Source: Balanoglossus misakiensis
Lineage: Eukaryota; Animalia; Hemichordata
Reading direction: 5' to 3'
Assembly: GCA_040954595.2 (NCBI GenBank)
Contig: JBECUI020000057.1
Span: 1 to 50,604 of the forward strand
DNA length: 50,604 nucleotides
Of this stretch, positions 8,879 through 18,824 are shown piece after piece. Under the pieces are notes generated by a model, which saw nothing but the letters and a program-made list of their open reading frames with translations, had not been told where the DNA came from and made no database searches. Made by a program: the position numbers and the translations under genes. Every line of letters begins with the position of its first letter. Position 1 is the first letter of the stretch.

Positions 8879-11584
8879 CTAAATGCTTTTTTCGACATTC
8901 AATTGCGCAGATAGTACCGAGCTAATGCCAGGAGTCTGCATTGTAATTCCAATCATAGAATCAGCATACGAGCATGTTCGTTCGTTATGGGTAATGAGTA
9001 TGAACTGTGATGAATGTGCGAAGTCCTTCAGCATGGCACTAAATAATATGGTATTGTTGCTGTCGAGCATGGCATCAACTTCGTCGAAACAAGTAAACGG
9101 AGCAGGACGTAAAAGGTATATCGCAAAGATTAATGCCAATGCGGTCATGCTCCGTTCCCCTCCTGATAATTGTTCCATACTCTTTACTTTCTTGCCCGGC
9201 GGTTGCACTGTAATTTCTATATCAGATTCCAGAACATGTTGCGGATCTTTGAGCAAAAGAGTGGCACGCCCACCAGCAAACAATCTCTGAAAAACATCTT
9301 GAAAATTTTTGTGAATCTTTTGAAAACCATCGGTAAATTGCTGAACAGATTTTTCGTACACATCTTTTCCTATTTCTAGAAAATTTTCTTTTGCCTTATA
9401 TAAATCCTCTAGTTGAACATCAAGAAAATTTACTTGTTCAGCTACTGCATCATGATCATCCTGCGCCATAAAGTTAACTGCTCCCAGAGCTGTTATGCCA
9501 TTCTTTATCTCTGTTATTTCTTTCTGTAATCCCTCCTTATTCAAACGAATTGGTTTATTCTTATAATTATCTAATTCCTGCCCGTGTTTCTCGCGAAAAT
9601 ATTCACGGATGCTATTCATCTTGCTCTGTACCTCTGCAAGGCTTAGCCGAACTTGTTCAGCCTTCTTGCGGTTCCTTTCCAGTTCATTTCGATATCTATT
9701 GCTTTCTTGTCGGGCGGACTCTAGGCGTTTTTTATTCCCTGCAATCTGTTTATCAATCTTCTTTTGTTTATCCAGAAGACCGGCAACATTCTTGTCCTCT
9801 TTACTTTGTAGCAATTCAATCTCAATTGCCTGTTTCTTGTATCTTGCTGTACGTTTAATAATTTCCTCTAACTCATGTTCCGAGTCCTTACTACGTTTTA
9901 TTACAGTCTTATGCTCATGTTCCAGCCGCCGTATAGACGCATTCTGATGTCGTATTTCAGCAAGAGTTCGCACCTGTTCCTTCTGTAATTCAACGAGTGC
10001 CTGTTCCTGCTTTTTCCGTTCCGACTCTAAATTTTCTTCTTGCTCTCGAGCAGCCTCCAGCTGACTCTGCAATTGCACAACCTTTTCGTGTAACTCTTCA
10101 ACATGAGTGTCAATTTCTCTTTTACGAGTAATAGCACCCCCTGGCGAAGTCAATTCCGCTAGGAATGCCGGTATACTTTCTTGATACTTTCCAATCGTTT
10201 CCCAGAGCCTTTCGAGGGCATCAATTGTTGTCTTTTGCTCGGTAGGGGCTTTGTTTAGTAAATTTCGTAGGGTGATGACTTGCTCTTCGATCTTCTGTTC
10301 CAAGTTTGTCCTCTGCTGATGAGAGTATTCCTGTAATCCTCTATCAATAAACACTGCTAATTCTTCAGCAAGGCCGGTCAATTCCAACTGGAGAGCTCTT
10401 CGTTTCTGCTCACATTGACTGATCTCCGCTCTATAGCCTTTCTGCCTTTTTTGTCGTATCACAATCTGCTCGCGCAAAGATTTCAATTTGCCTTCGTATG
10501 TATTGTGTTTTTCTTTCTCTTCTTTTTCGCGTATCAGGCTTTTTTCCCTTGTTTGCCGTATCTCTTCCAGCGAATAAAGAACCAACTCTGCCTGCTGCTG
10601 CATCTCTTTCGTTCTCTTTTGAGATTGTTCATGTGCAACTTCCAATTCAGTTAATTGTCTCTGAATCATTGTACGTTGTTCATCCAGTCTTCCGGCCACT
10701 ACCCGCTTTTCGGATATTTGATGTCGCAACCCTTCGGAGTCCTTATAAAAATCGCTTGTTTCAGCCTTAATACTGCTACTTAATCGCTCTGAATGATTAA
10801 TCTTTTCTTCTAACTGTCCACAGGCACTTGTTATGGTTTTAATTGTTGTAATAGCACTACGAGAGACATCGTCTAAGGAACGCAGGCGAAGAACTTCAAG
10901 CGAACGTTCCTTCTCAAATAGGTTTTCTTTCAGACGTCGGTGTTTCTCGGTTTTCTTTACCTGCAAGGTTAATTCGGCAATGCGCTTACGGAATTCCTGC
11001 TGTCGTTCTGTTGCCTGAGATATCTTTGCTTCAGCAGCTCGAAGTCGCTGATCAATTTCTTTTCTATGCAGTCGATAACGTGCAATGCCGGAAGCACTTT
11101 CAAATATACCTCTTCGTTGTTCGGGATTAGCAGAAAGGACTGAATCCACCCTGCCTTGTTCCAAAACAAAGTACAGCGACTTCTCCAACATGGCATGTCC
11201 CAGCATGTCGCGCAGATCTTTTAGACGAACCTGCTGTTCATTGATAAAATAATTGTTTTCACCCGAACGATACATGCGACGTTTTACTCGCAGTTCATTC
11301 CCATCAATGGGAAATGTCCCTGTTTCGTTATTGAACACAAGTTCAACCTCGGCTACGTTCAGCGCTTTGTGATCAGCCGTGCCCCCAAAGATGATATCTT
11401 CACCTTTACGTACACGAAGATGTCGAAGAGACTGCTCGCCGCAGACCCACTGTATTGCATCTATAATGTTACTCTTTCCACAACCATTTGGACCAACAAT
11501 AGCTTGCAGTCCGGGTGACAGATTTATAACACTCCGGATCGCAAAGGACTTAAATCCGTACAGAGTAATGCGACGTAGAAACAT
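8879..11584 (-). CDS. smc: chromosome segregation protein Smc (short, 901 aa)
   Basis: GFKSF, Walker A GPNGCGKSN, Q-loop LEQG, long coiled coil, signature LSGGE, Walker B/D-loop FDEVDAMLD, QFILITH. Confidence 0.93.
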   Translation of the reverse strand: MFLRRITLYGFKSFAIRSVINLSPGLQAIVGPNGCGKSNIIDAIQWVCGEQSLRHLRVRKGEDIIFGGTADHKALNVAEVELVFNNETGTFPIDGNELRVKRRMYRSGENNYFINEQQVRLKDLRDMLGHAMLEKSLYFVLEQGRVDSVLSANPEQRRGIFESASGIARYRLHRKEIDQRLRAAEAKISQATERQQEFRKRIAELTLQVKKTEKHRRLKENLFEKERSLEVLRLRSLDDVSRSAITTIKTITSACGQLEEKINHSERLSSSIKAETSDFYKDSEGLRHQISEKRVVAGRLDEQRTMIQRQLTELEVAHEQSQKRTKEMQQQAELVLYSLEEIRQTREKSLIREKEEKEKHNTYEGKLKSLREQIVIRQKRQKGYRAEISQCEQKRRALQLELTGLAEELAVFIDRGLQEYSHQQRTNLEQKIEEQVITLRNLLNKAPTEQKTTIDALERLWETIGKYQESIPAFLAELTSPGGAITRKREIDTHVEELHEKVVQLQSQLEAAREQEENLESERKKQEQALVELQKEQVRTLAEIRHQNASIRRLEHEHKTVIKRSKDSEHELEEIIKRTARYKKQAIEIELLQSKEDKNVAGLLDKQKKIDKQIAGNKKRLESARQESNRYRNELERNRKKAEQVRLSLAEVQSKMNSIREYFREKHGQELDNYKNKPIRLNKEGLQKEITEIKNGITALGAVNFMAQDDHDAVAEQVNFLDVQLEDLYKAKENFLEIGKDVYEKSVQQFTDGFQKIHKNFQDVFQRLFAGGRATLLLKDPQHVLESDIEITVQPPGKKVKSMEQLSGGERSMTALALIFAIYLLRPAPFTCFDEVDAMLDSNNTILFSAMLKDFAHSSQFILITHNERTCSYADSMIGITMQTPGISSVLSAQLNVEKSI

Positions 11585-11639
11585 AAGGGTTATTCCAATT
11601 CTATTTTTATAAATATAAGATTCATGATATTATGTATGT

Positions 11640-12209
11640 ATGGAACTTATATGCGGAATCGATGAATGTGGCAGAGGTCCACTTGCCGGACCGGTAACTG
11701 CAGCAGCATGTGCATATCTTGATACATTACCCACTGGTCTCGCCGATTCAAAACAACTGAGTGAAAAGAAGAGGTATGCAATTGAGCATAAACTGCGTAA
11801 TACCCCACATGTCTTCTTTGCACTTGGATGGGTAACACCAGACATTATTGATGCAATCAATATTCATCATGCCAGTCTTCGTGCCATGCAAAAGGCATAC
11901 GAAGCACTTGCTGCAAGCTTACCACAAGGATATAACATTACCCAGGTACTTGTTGATGGACGATTTACACCATGCATAGACAAACCCTGTCGTGCGGTAG
12001 TCCGTGGCGATCAAAGCATTGCATGTATTCAAGCAGCATCCATTATTGCAAAAAACGCACGCGATTCATTAATGGTTCAATACGCAAAAGAATTTCCAGT
12101 ATACGGGTTTGAACAACATAAAGGATACCCTACTGCGAAACATATTGAAAATATCCAGCATCATGGTATATCACCCATCCATCGAAAATCATTTTGCAAA
12201 CGATATTAA
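11640..12209 (+). CDS. rnhB: ribonuclease HII
   Basis: GIDECGRGPLAGPV, DSKQL, VDG, IQAASIIAK, HKGYPT, PIHRKSF. Confidence 0.96.
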   Translation: MELICGIDECGRGPLAGPVTAAACAYLDTLPTGLADSKQLSEKKRYAIEHKLRNTPHVFFALGWVTPDIIDAINIHHASLRAMQKAYEALAASLPQGYNITQVLVDGRFTPCIDKPCRAVVRGDQSIACIQAASIIAKNARDSLMVQYAKEFPVYGFEQHKGYPTAKHIENIQHHGISPIHRKSFCKRY

Positions 12210-12451
12210 GACTCACGCATGGTCTGCACGTATTCACGCACGTGCTGCAACATATCTGCTAAATTGCCGATGTCTTCCTTAAAAACAACGATTTGATGCC
12301 GTTCAAACCCTGTTTCATTCGCATTATACTTGCTCTCCACGATTTGGAGAAAAAGATCGCCTGCACGGTTTTGCTTTACATTGAAAAAATATGTTCGCTT
12401 ACCGTTGCTCGACGTCGTCCGCTCTGAATACAACTCTCCTCTCTGTCCCAT
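12206..12451 (-). CDS. PUR-alpha/DUF3276 family nucleic-acid-binding protein (like Borrelia BpuR)
   Basis: MGQRGELYSE...KRTYFFNVKQNRAGDLFLQIVESK...FERHQIVVFKED. The upstream extension in the ORF track runs through the tRNA and is spurious. Confidence 0.85.
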   Translation of the reverse strand: MGQRGELYSERTTSSNGKRTYFFNVKQNRAGDLFLQIVESKYNANETGFERHQIVVFKEDIGNLADMLQHVREYVQTMRES

Positions 12452-12475
12452 ATCATAGACTCCAAACTTGTCATC

Positions 12476-12546
12476 AGCGACCGACCGGAATTGAACCGGC
12501 ATATTCAGCTTGGAAGGCTGATGTAATACCATTATACAACGGTCGC
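12476..12546 (-). tRNA. tRNA-Gly (anticodon TCC)
   Basis: The reverse complement GCGACCGTTGTATAATGGTATTACATCAGCCTTCCAAGCTGAATATGCCGGTTCAATTCCGGTCGGTCGCT folds as a cloverleaf. No CCA is encoded. Confidence 0.95.
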
Positions 12547-12571
12547 AGAAACAAATAATTATATTAAATAT

Positions 12572-12600
12572 ATATTATATTAAATATCAAAACATGTCAA
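12572..12600 (-). promoter_or_regulatory. sigma70-type promoter for tRNA-Gly
   Basis: TTGACA (12600-12595), a 17-bp spacer, then TAATAT (12577-12572). Confidence 0.55.
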
Positions 12601-12811
12601 GCCTAATTATTCCGTGATTGCCCTGCAGAAACTTCCAATACTACATTGCCCCATGCTGCCTTTCACATACATACGAATAACTTAACAGATATTCCATAGC
12701 TCAAAACTTTGCTCTAGTGTAATAAATATCTCATGCTGTGTCAATGATATTGTACCGCATATCAACAAGTACTCGATTTTTTTTTACCCCTTCTCTTTTA
12801 TCAACAAGATC

Positions 12812-14132
12812 TTATATATGCCTAAGACAATCTACAATTTGCATTTTTCCGGCTTTGGCAGCAGGAATATAGGAAGCAAAAAAGGATGATACTAACAGGG
12901 TTATTGCAATGTCAACAAGTATGTAATAGTGCTCGGGATAGTATAGTAAGACGAGGGGGACCGGGCGGGCTTGCCCGGGAGGAACCGGCATCATAATTCC
13001 TGAGTTTCCTAGTGTTGCACAAACAATGAGACCAACTGCTATTGATAATATCATACCGAATGTGCCAAGCAAAAATCCTTCGCTAAGAAAGAGCTGAAGT
13101 ATTTCCGACCTGGTATTTCCTATAGAGCGCAACGTTCCAATCTCTGAAAAGCGCTCAGTAATTGACATGCTCATTGTACTGAGAATAAAGATAGCAACAA
13201 CAATGGTCAGTGTAGTACGTACAAAGAAAACCACCCCAAGGGAACCATCTTCTTCCTGTTATGTAAAAATCAGCAAGTTCTCCCCACGACTTAGATATAA
13301 GATTCCAGCCCTTTTCCTGAATCATTTGATTTAGTCGAACATGTGCTACGTTGGTATCTGTTGTCTCATTGAGCATGAGAATAACTGCATTTACTCCTGT
13401 CGTACTCAGCAGAGATTGCGAAAAATCAGTTCTCGTTTTGAGAATTACATCGCTGTACACTTTTGCAAGTGGTTCAATAATACCAGTTATCAGTCCGTCC
13501 TGTACGTTAATTCCTCCATCCGCAGTTCCAGACAAGATACTGACATAGGATCCAACTTCTACAGCAAGTTGTTTAGCTAATCCTTTGCCTAAAATAACCG
13601 ATTCAAATTTATCTTCTGACAAAGAATCGCCATCTATAATAGGATCAAGTGCAGCAAAGATGTGTTCTTTCGTCGGGTCAACCCCCCGACCAAGGAAGTT
13701 AATACTTACAGCTCCCTCACCCATGACAATGCCACTGTAACGTATATCAGTGGTAATATCTTGAATAAGGGTGCCCAATTCGGGGTCGGCCATAATTTCA
13801 GCAATGATTTCTTTATACTCTTCAATAAGAAATTCGGTGGGTCGGCTACTTCCTATTTCAAAATAACCGGGACGCTGCAACTGTAAATGCCCCAGTTCAC
13901 TGCGAATTGTATTTTCTCGCAACAGCCATAATGCACCATTGCCATAGCCATCAAACGCTACCATCCCTGCTCCACCAACGGTAATGGCACTCAGGATCAA
14001 AATAGTACGTCGAAAATTCCTAAAAACATTTCTAAATGCTAATAAGAAAATATCCCAATGTTTTGCCCAAGAATGCGCTATAAATAAAATAACGAAAGCG
14101 CCTAAGGCATATCCTACCATTGAAAATGTCAT
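12812..14132 (-). CDS. LolC/E (FtsX/MacB) family ABC permease, copy B; one extra G near 13240
   Basis: LAFRNVFRNFRRT...SITERFSEIGTLRSIG...FLSEG...YIPAAKA. It is colinear with 16860-18179; aaggg here versus aagg in copy A explains the frameshift. Confidence 0.9.
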
Positions 14133-14364
14133 CTAGTTTCCCCCTTTACTTTTGTTTCAAATTCATTATAAAACCCTCAAGTTTTTCCTTAATATTATTT
14201 TTTAATAACTTTTTGCTTGTTCCGCAGCAAGAGACCCCGGTGCAGTTTTCACCAGAGAAGCATGGGGGAGCCATGCTTTGCTTCCAAGTAGATCATAGGC
14301 TAGCATCTTTTATGCTCAGGGTGTTTGATAAGCAATGCCACTGAAGGGTAGTTATATCTGCTTG
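14133..14364 (-). pseudogene. collapsed remnant of the duplicated TPR-TPR-ATPase-TPR segment
   Basis: 14133-14168 resembles 18180-18216, 14163-14251 resembles 19510-19599, and 14272-14340 resembles 20744-20822, in the same order and on the same strand. Confidence 0.85.
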
Positions 14365-15207
14365 CTAGGGCATTTCGGCAAAATTGGTATAGTTAAAATA
14401 CCGCTCAGGCAGTGTTTCTTCCCCTATGCCTTCAACAAATAAGTACGTTACCAATTTATCATTAAGTCCATCAACAATAACCCACTCCGAAGCAATATCT
14501 CGACCTACCAGTGGCTGAAAAGAACGAAAATACATGGTCTTAAGTTTTCTTCCCGATTTTACATAGTACTCGCTTTTTATCGGGCGGGCATCCCGCTTTA
14601 ATACCCAATACTTAATGCTATCATAGGCAACACCTCTGCGCCTTGCTTTCAGTGTCAGCATATATGCCTCTGCATTGCCAACTTTCACCTCTTCACGAGA
14701 TAGAACGTTGTAGTCGTAGTAATAATTGGTCGAGGAAACATCAGCATAGCTTGCTCCACCTAGTAGTCTCTGAGCAGGTGATATCCGGATAGGTCGTCGC
14801 GTACCCGCCTTGTGAAAGTAGAGTTTAAGTTCGTCTTGCAGAATGCGAGTTTGCGTTTTATTTTCAAGGTTTTCCATTAAACTTATGCTGATCCAAGCAC
14901 GCATCTCATCGCGCATATGAATATAACTTCTTACTAATGTCGTAGCAGTTTCTACCTTATCCTTTGTTTCGACAACACGGAAATTCAGGTTGAAGTTTTC
15001 CAGTGGCCAGTTGCTCCGATAGATGCCACTAAATAATACCAAACGATCATTAAAGCTATCTGATAAATTTTCCATATTCGCAACATCCGCCCTTGTTAGA
15101 TTATTCTGGGCTAAAATGTCTTGCCAACGTGCTTCTTCGTCGATCTCTTGTGCAAATACACCAGAGAACAAAAATACGCTCATGAGAATAATGCTTATGT
15201 ACTTCAT
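14365..15207 (-). CDS. outer membrane lipoprotein-sorting protein (LolA-like fold, DUF1329-like)
   Basis: Signal peptide, then RRPIRISPAQRLLGGASYADV, LTLKARRRGVAYDSIKYWV, PIKSEYYVKSGRKLKT and LPERYF. Confidence 0.85.
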   Translation of the reverse strand: MKYISIILMSVFLFSGVFAQEIDEEARWQDILAQNNLTRADVANMENLSDSFNDRLVLFSGIYRSNWPLENFNLNFRVVETKDKVETATTLVRSYIHMRDEMRAWISISLMENLENKTQTRILQDELKLYFHKAGTRRPIRISPAQRLLGGASYADVSSTNYYYDYNVLSREEVKVGNAEAYMLTLKARRRGVAYDSIKYWVLKRDARPIKSEYYVKSGRKLKTMYFRSFQPLVGRDIASEWVIVDGLNDKLVTYLFVEGIGEETLPERYFNYTNFAEMP

Positions 15208-15243
15208 AATATATTCCTTCCTTCTTTTCTATAATAAATTACT

Positions 15244-16824
15244 CTAGAGAAAAAACGATAGTTCCCCATATACCATTCCAGGGTATAAGAATTCTGCAAC
15301 CATACTACCGGGGATGCCGTATGAATATTTCCCCATTAATGATAACTGTAGGTTTTCTGTAATTCCCCACGTTATATCAGCAGTAACTACAAAACTGTTA
15401 TCAAACACTAGGTACTGAATATCCGCACCATAACCCAGTGTTTGAGAAGAAAAACGCAAAACATTGTCTCTAAATATACGCATGGTAAGAACCATAGGCG
15501 ACCATTGAATGGGCTGGAATGCTAGATAGGCATTCTGTAATACGGTACGATACCCGCCGCTTAGTCCTCTCAATTGTGCCACTTGTGCTGGCGTCGCTCG
15601 CTCCGATGCTATCAATGTAGGATGAATGGTGCCATTAAAAATGTCGTAGTTTTCATGGAATAAATCGATTTCGTTTGAAAGGTCATTCCATTCCGCAGGG
15701 CGAATGCCTGCACTATTTCCCCAGACCTCAAAAAGAATAGTAAAAATATCCGGAACCGTGTAGTTGATACCAATACTTCCCTTAAATGCCGCACTCTCCA
15801 TCGTACGAATATCTGCAAAATTAAAAGTTTCAGCCGTAGTCTGTAACCCCAGTGGATAGTCCACAGTCGGATCATTATCTAAATTTTCCGTACCCGTATG
15901 GCGTATAAATTGGGGTGCTTCGGGGTATATCTCTGCCGATAAATCAGTATAAAAAATTATCTCATCAGTAATACTGCCACTCAATGTTGCCCCTAATCGA
16001 GCATGTCCCTCGCGAGCATAAACAATAAATTCAGGATTAAAGTCAGAAAATACATCCAAGCGAATTGTTCCATGAAAACTGTGGTATTTATTGGGTGCAA
16101 ACTCATGCAGGTCGGTACCGAAGTCAGGAATGTAGGCAAATGAAAATGATGCCCAAGGAGCATAAAATTCTGTTTGAACCATATAATATCCTAATCGAGG
16201 CAGAACTCGTGTAAGACCGTATCCATTTGTGTTTGCTTGACTGAGATAATCTACAGGTGAGAAGATGTAGCTATTCCCAGAGGCAATGTCTATCTTTCCT
16301 AGCGAAATAGACCACCATGATAGAGGATAAACCTCCATATATGCCTCGCTCATATTGACATCGAGTACCGTTGCTACATCGTAATTATTTACCTGCTTAC
16401 CGCGAAGGTAGATGGACAGGGTGTTATCAAGATGAAGGGAAAGATAGCGCCCGGGTGTAAAATAACTCGCACGAACCCGCAATGAAATAGCATTAATCCA
16501 CGGAGATACAAAACTACCCTCATCTATCCATTCGTCCGCCAGATATAAAAAAGAATTGTCTGCACGCGGAAGGTGGTAGGCAAATGCTTCTTTTATCTCT
16601 AGCGAAACTGTGCTTTCAGATTTCTTTCGTCTCTGTACATTATTGAAAGAACTGGTGGTTTCTGTGGGGACTTCCACTGTTTCATCCACTGTTTCATCCA
16701 CAATCGTTTCAGCAGGTTCCTCTGATAAAGAAGGATCTAAAAAAGAACTGTCCAGAAACATATCCTCTTGGGCCGGCAAAAACACAAGAGGAAAAACTGA
16801 AAAAAGAAGAAGAAAAATCCTCAC
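15244..16824 (-). CDS. putative outer-membrane beta-barrel protein
   Basis: Signal peptide, acidic linker, alternating amphipathic strands (SEAYMEVY...SLGKIDIASG...FSPVD) and an aromatic C-terminal strand VYGELSFFL. Confidence 0.7.
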   Translation of the reverse strand: MRIFLLLFSVFPLVFLPAQEDMFLDSSFLDPSLSEEPAETIVDETVDETVEVPTETTSSFNNVQRRKKSESTVSLEIKEAFAYHLPRADNSFLYLADEWIDEGSFVSPWINAISLRVRASYFTPGRYLSLHLDNTLSIYLRGKQVNNYDVATVLDVNMSEAYMEVYPLSWWSISLGKIDIASGNSYIFSPVDYLSQANTNGYGLTRVLPRLGYYMVQTEFYAPWASFSFAYIPDFGTDLHEFAPNKYHSFHGTIRLDVFSDFNPEFIVYAREGHARLGATLSGSITDEIIFYTDLSAEIYPEAPQFIRHTGTENLDNDPTVDYPLGLQTTAETFNFADIRTMESAAFKGSIGINYTVPDIFTILFEVWGNSAGIRPAEWNDLSNEIDLFHENYDIFNGTIHPTLIASERATPAQVAQLRGLSGGYRTVLQNAYLAFQPIQWSPMVLTMRIFRDNVLRFSSQTLGYGADIQYLVFDNSFVVTADITWGITENLQLSLMGKYSYGIPGSMVAEFLYPGMVYGELSFFL

Positions 16825-16859
16825 AGCTATAGCCTCCTCATACCTAAGTCTTACCCGTA

Positions 16860-18179
16860 CTATACATGCCTAATACAATCAACAATTTGCATTTTTCCGG
16901 CCTTGGCAGCAGGAATATAGGAAGCAAAAAATGATGATACTAACAGGGTGATTGCAATGTCAACAAGTACGTAATAGTGCTCGGGATCGTATCGTAATGT
17001 AAGGGGCACCGGCCGTGCCTGCCCAGGAGGAACCGGCATCATAATTCCTGAGTTTTCTAATGCTGTACAAATAATGAGACCTATTACTATTGATAATACC
17101 ATACCGAATATGCCAAACAAAAATCCTTCGCTAAGAAAGAGCTGAAGTATTTCCGACTTGGTATTTCCTATAGAGCGCAATGTTCCAATCTCTGAAAAGC
17201 GCTCGGTAATTGACATGCTGATTGTATTAAGAATAAAAATCGCAACAACAATGGTCAACATGGTACGTACAAAGATAACCAGCCCAAGGAACCATGTTTT
17301 TACTGCTATGTAAAAATCAGCAAGTTCTTCCCAAGACTTAGATATAAGATTCCAGCCCTTTTCTTGAATCATTTGATTTAATCGAAGATGTGCTACGTTG
17401 GTATCTATTGTCTCATTGAGCATGAGAACAACTGCATTTACTCCTGTCGTACTGAGCAGAGATTGCGAGAAATCAGTTCTCGATTTGAGAATTACATCGC
17501 TGTACGCTTTTGCAAGCGGTTCAATAATGCCAGTTACCAGTCCATCCTGTACATTAATTCCTCCATCCTCAGTTGTAGACAAGATGCTGACATAGGATCC
17601 AACTCCTACAGCAAGTTGCTCAGCTAATCCTTTGCCTAAAATAACCGATTCAAATTCGTCTTCTGCTAAAGAACTGCCATCTATAATAGGATCAAGTGCT
17701 GCAAATATATGTTCTTTCGTCGGGTCAACCCCCCGACCAATGTAGTTAATGCTTGCAGCTCCCTCACCCATGACAATGCCACTGTAGCGTATATCAGTGG
17801 TAATATCTTGAACAAGAGGGGCCAATTCGGGGTCTGCCATAATTTCGGCAATAATTTCTTTGTACTCTTCAATAAGAAAATCGGTAGGACGGCTACTTCC
17901 CATTTCAAAATAGCCCGGACGCTGTAGCTGTAAATGCCCCAGCTCACTGCGAATTGTACTTTCTCGCAAGCCCCATAATGAACCATTGATATAACCACCA
18001 AAGGCTACCATCGATACTCCACCAATGACAATGGCACTCAGGGTCAAAATAGTACGTCGAAAATTTCTAAAAATATTTCTAAATGCTAATAAGAAAATGT
18101 CCCAATGTTTTGCCCAATAATAGGCTACAAATAAAATAACGAACGCGCCTAAGGCATATCCTACCATTGAAAATGTCAT
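16860..18179 (-). CDS. LolC/E (FtsX/MacB) family ABC permease, copy A (intact)
   Basis: LAFRNIFRNFRRT, a large periplasmic loop, ERFSEIGTLRSIG and C-terminal TM helices. Confidence 0.93.
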   Translation of the reverse strand: MTFSMVGYALGAFVILFVAYYWAKHWDIFLLAFRNIFRNFRRTILTLSAIVIGGVSMVAFGGYINGSLWGLRESTIRSELGHLQLQRPGYFEMGSSRPTDFLIEEYKEIIAEIMADPELAPLVQDITTDIRYSGIVMGEGAASINYIGRGVDPTKEHIFAALDPIIDGSSLAEDEFESVILGKGLAEQLAVGVGSYVSILSTTEDGGINVQDGLVTGIIEPLAKAYSDVILKSRTDFSQSLLSTTGVNAVVLMLNETIDTNVAHLRLNQMIQEKGWNLISKSWEELADFYIAVKTWFLGLVIFVRTMLTIVVAIFILNTISMSITERFSEIGTLRSIGNTKSEILQLFLSEGFLFGIFGMVLSIVIGLIICTALENSGIMMPVPPGQARPVPLTLRYDPEHYYVLVDIAITLLVSSFFASYIPAAKAGKMQIVDCIRHV

Positions 18180-18824
18180 TTAGTTTCCCTCCTTTGCTTT
18201 TGTTTCAAATTCATTAACTTTCTGTTGATATACAGAAACATCCTTTTCTAATGCCTGTCCAATTTTTACCATTGAACGATACATATCCGCTACTTCGTTG
18301 GGGGCAAAAGACTCTCCCCCATTCGCTAGTATGAACTCAAAATCATTAAGTGCTATGCCCCATTTGCCCAGCACCTGTGGGTAGTTGGAAAAGGTTTGTG
18401 CACGAAATAAGCGAACAAGTATATTTTCAGGGTCAGCTTTTACAGCTTGATCCAGAAATTTGGTTGCCTGAAATGTAAAAGTAGTTGCCTGCGTCAGATC
18501 GTTTTTAGCTGCATGGGTTGAGGCAAGCAGGGAAAAAAGAATGCCCTTTGTTGCAAGCATGGAGGTATCCCCTTCGACCATGATCTCCTCGAGGTACGTA
18601 ATAGCATCAGTTAAACGCTCATTTGACCGCATTCTTGCGGTCTTACGCCGCTCTACATCAGTAATATGCCAAACAAATTCATATTTTGCCTCAATATCAT
18701 TGGGATCTGCCTCTATTCTTGCACGAAGTTGCATCTCAACTTCATCGACAGCTTGACAGGAGGAAAGCAACATTATTGCAATCAAGATGCTAGCACAGAG
18801 GGAAACGCGAGTTGTACTGATCAT
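18180..18824 (-). CDS. TPR-like lipoprotein
   Basis: Lipobox LSS-C and helical repeats (FLDQAVKADPENILVRLFRAQTFSNYPQVLGKWGIALNDFE). Confidence 0.7.
   Translation of the reverse strand: MISTTRVSLCASILIAIMLLSSCQAVDEVEMQLRARIEADPNDIEAKYEFVWHITDVERRKTARMRSNERLTDAITYLEEIMVEGDTSMLATKGILFSLLASTHAAKNDLTQATTFTFQATKFLDQAVKADPENILVRLFRAQTFSNYPQVLGKWGIALNDFEFILANGGESFAPNEVADMYRSMVKIGQALEKDVSVYQQKVNEFETKAKEGN

Noticed and set aside
12452-12532. N-terminal extension of the PUR-family ORF
   Set aside because: It is read through the tRNA-Gly gene; family similarity starts at MGQRGELYS (12451).
12476-12812. Genomic island integrated at tRNA-Gly
   Set aside because: The operon lies on the 5' side of the tRNA, and I found no duplicated tRNA 3' end and no integrase.
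14120-14344. 74-aa plus-strand ORF in the spacer before permease B
   Set aside because: The region is explained as minus-strand remnants of duplicated operon genes.
16672-16710. 12-bp tandem repeat encoding ETIVDETVDETVE
   Set aside because: It is in-frame low-complexity sequence in an acidic linker, with no sign of a switch function.
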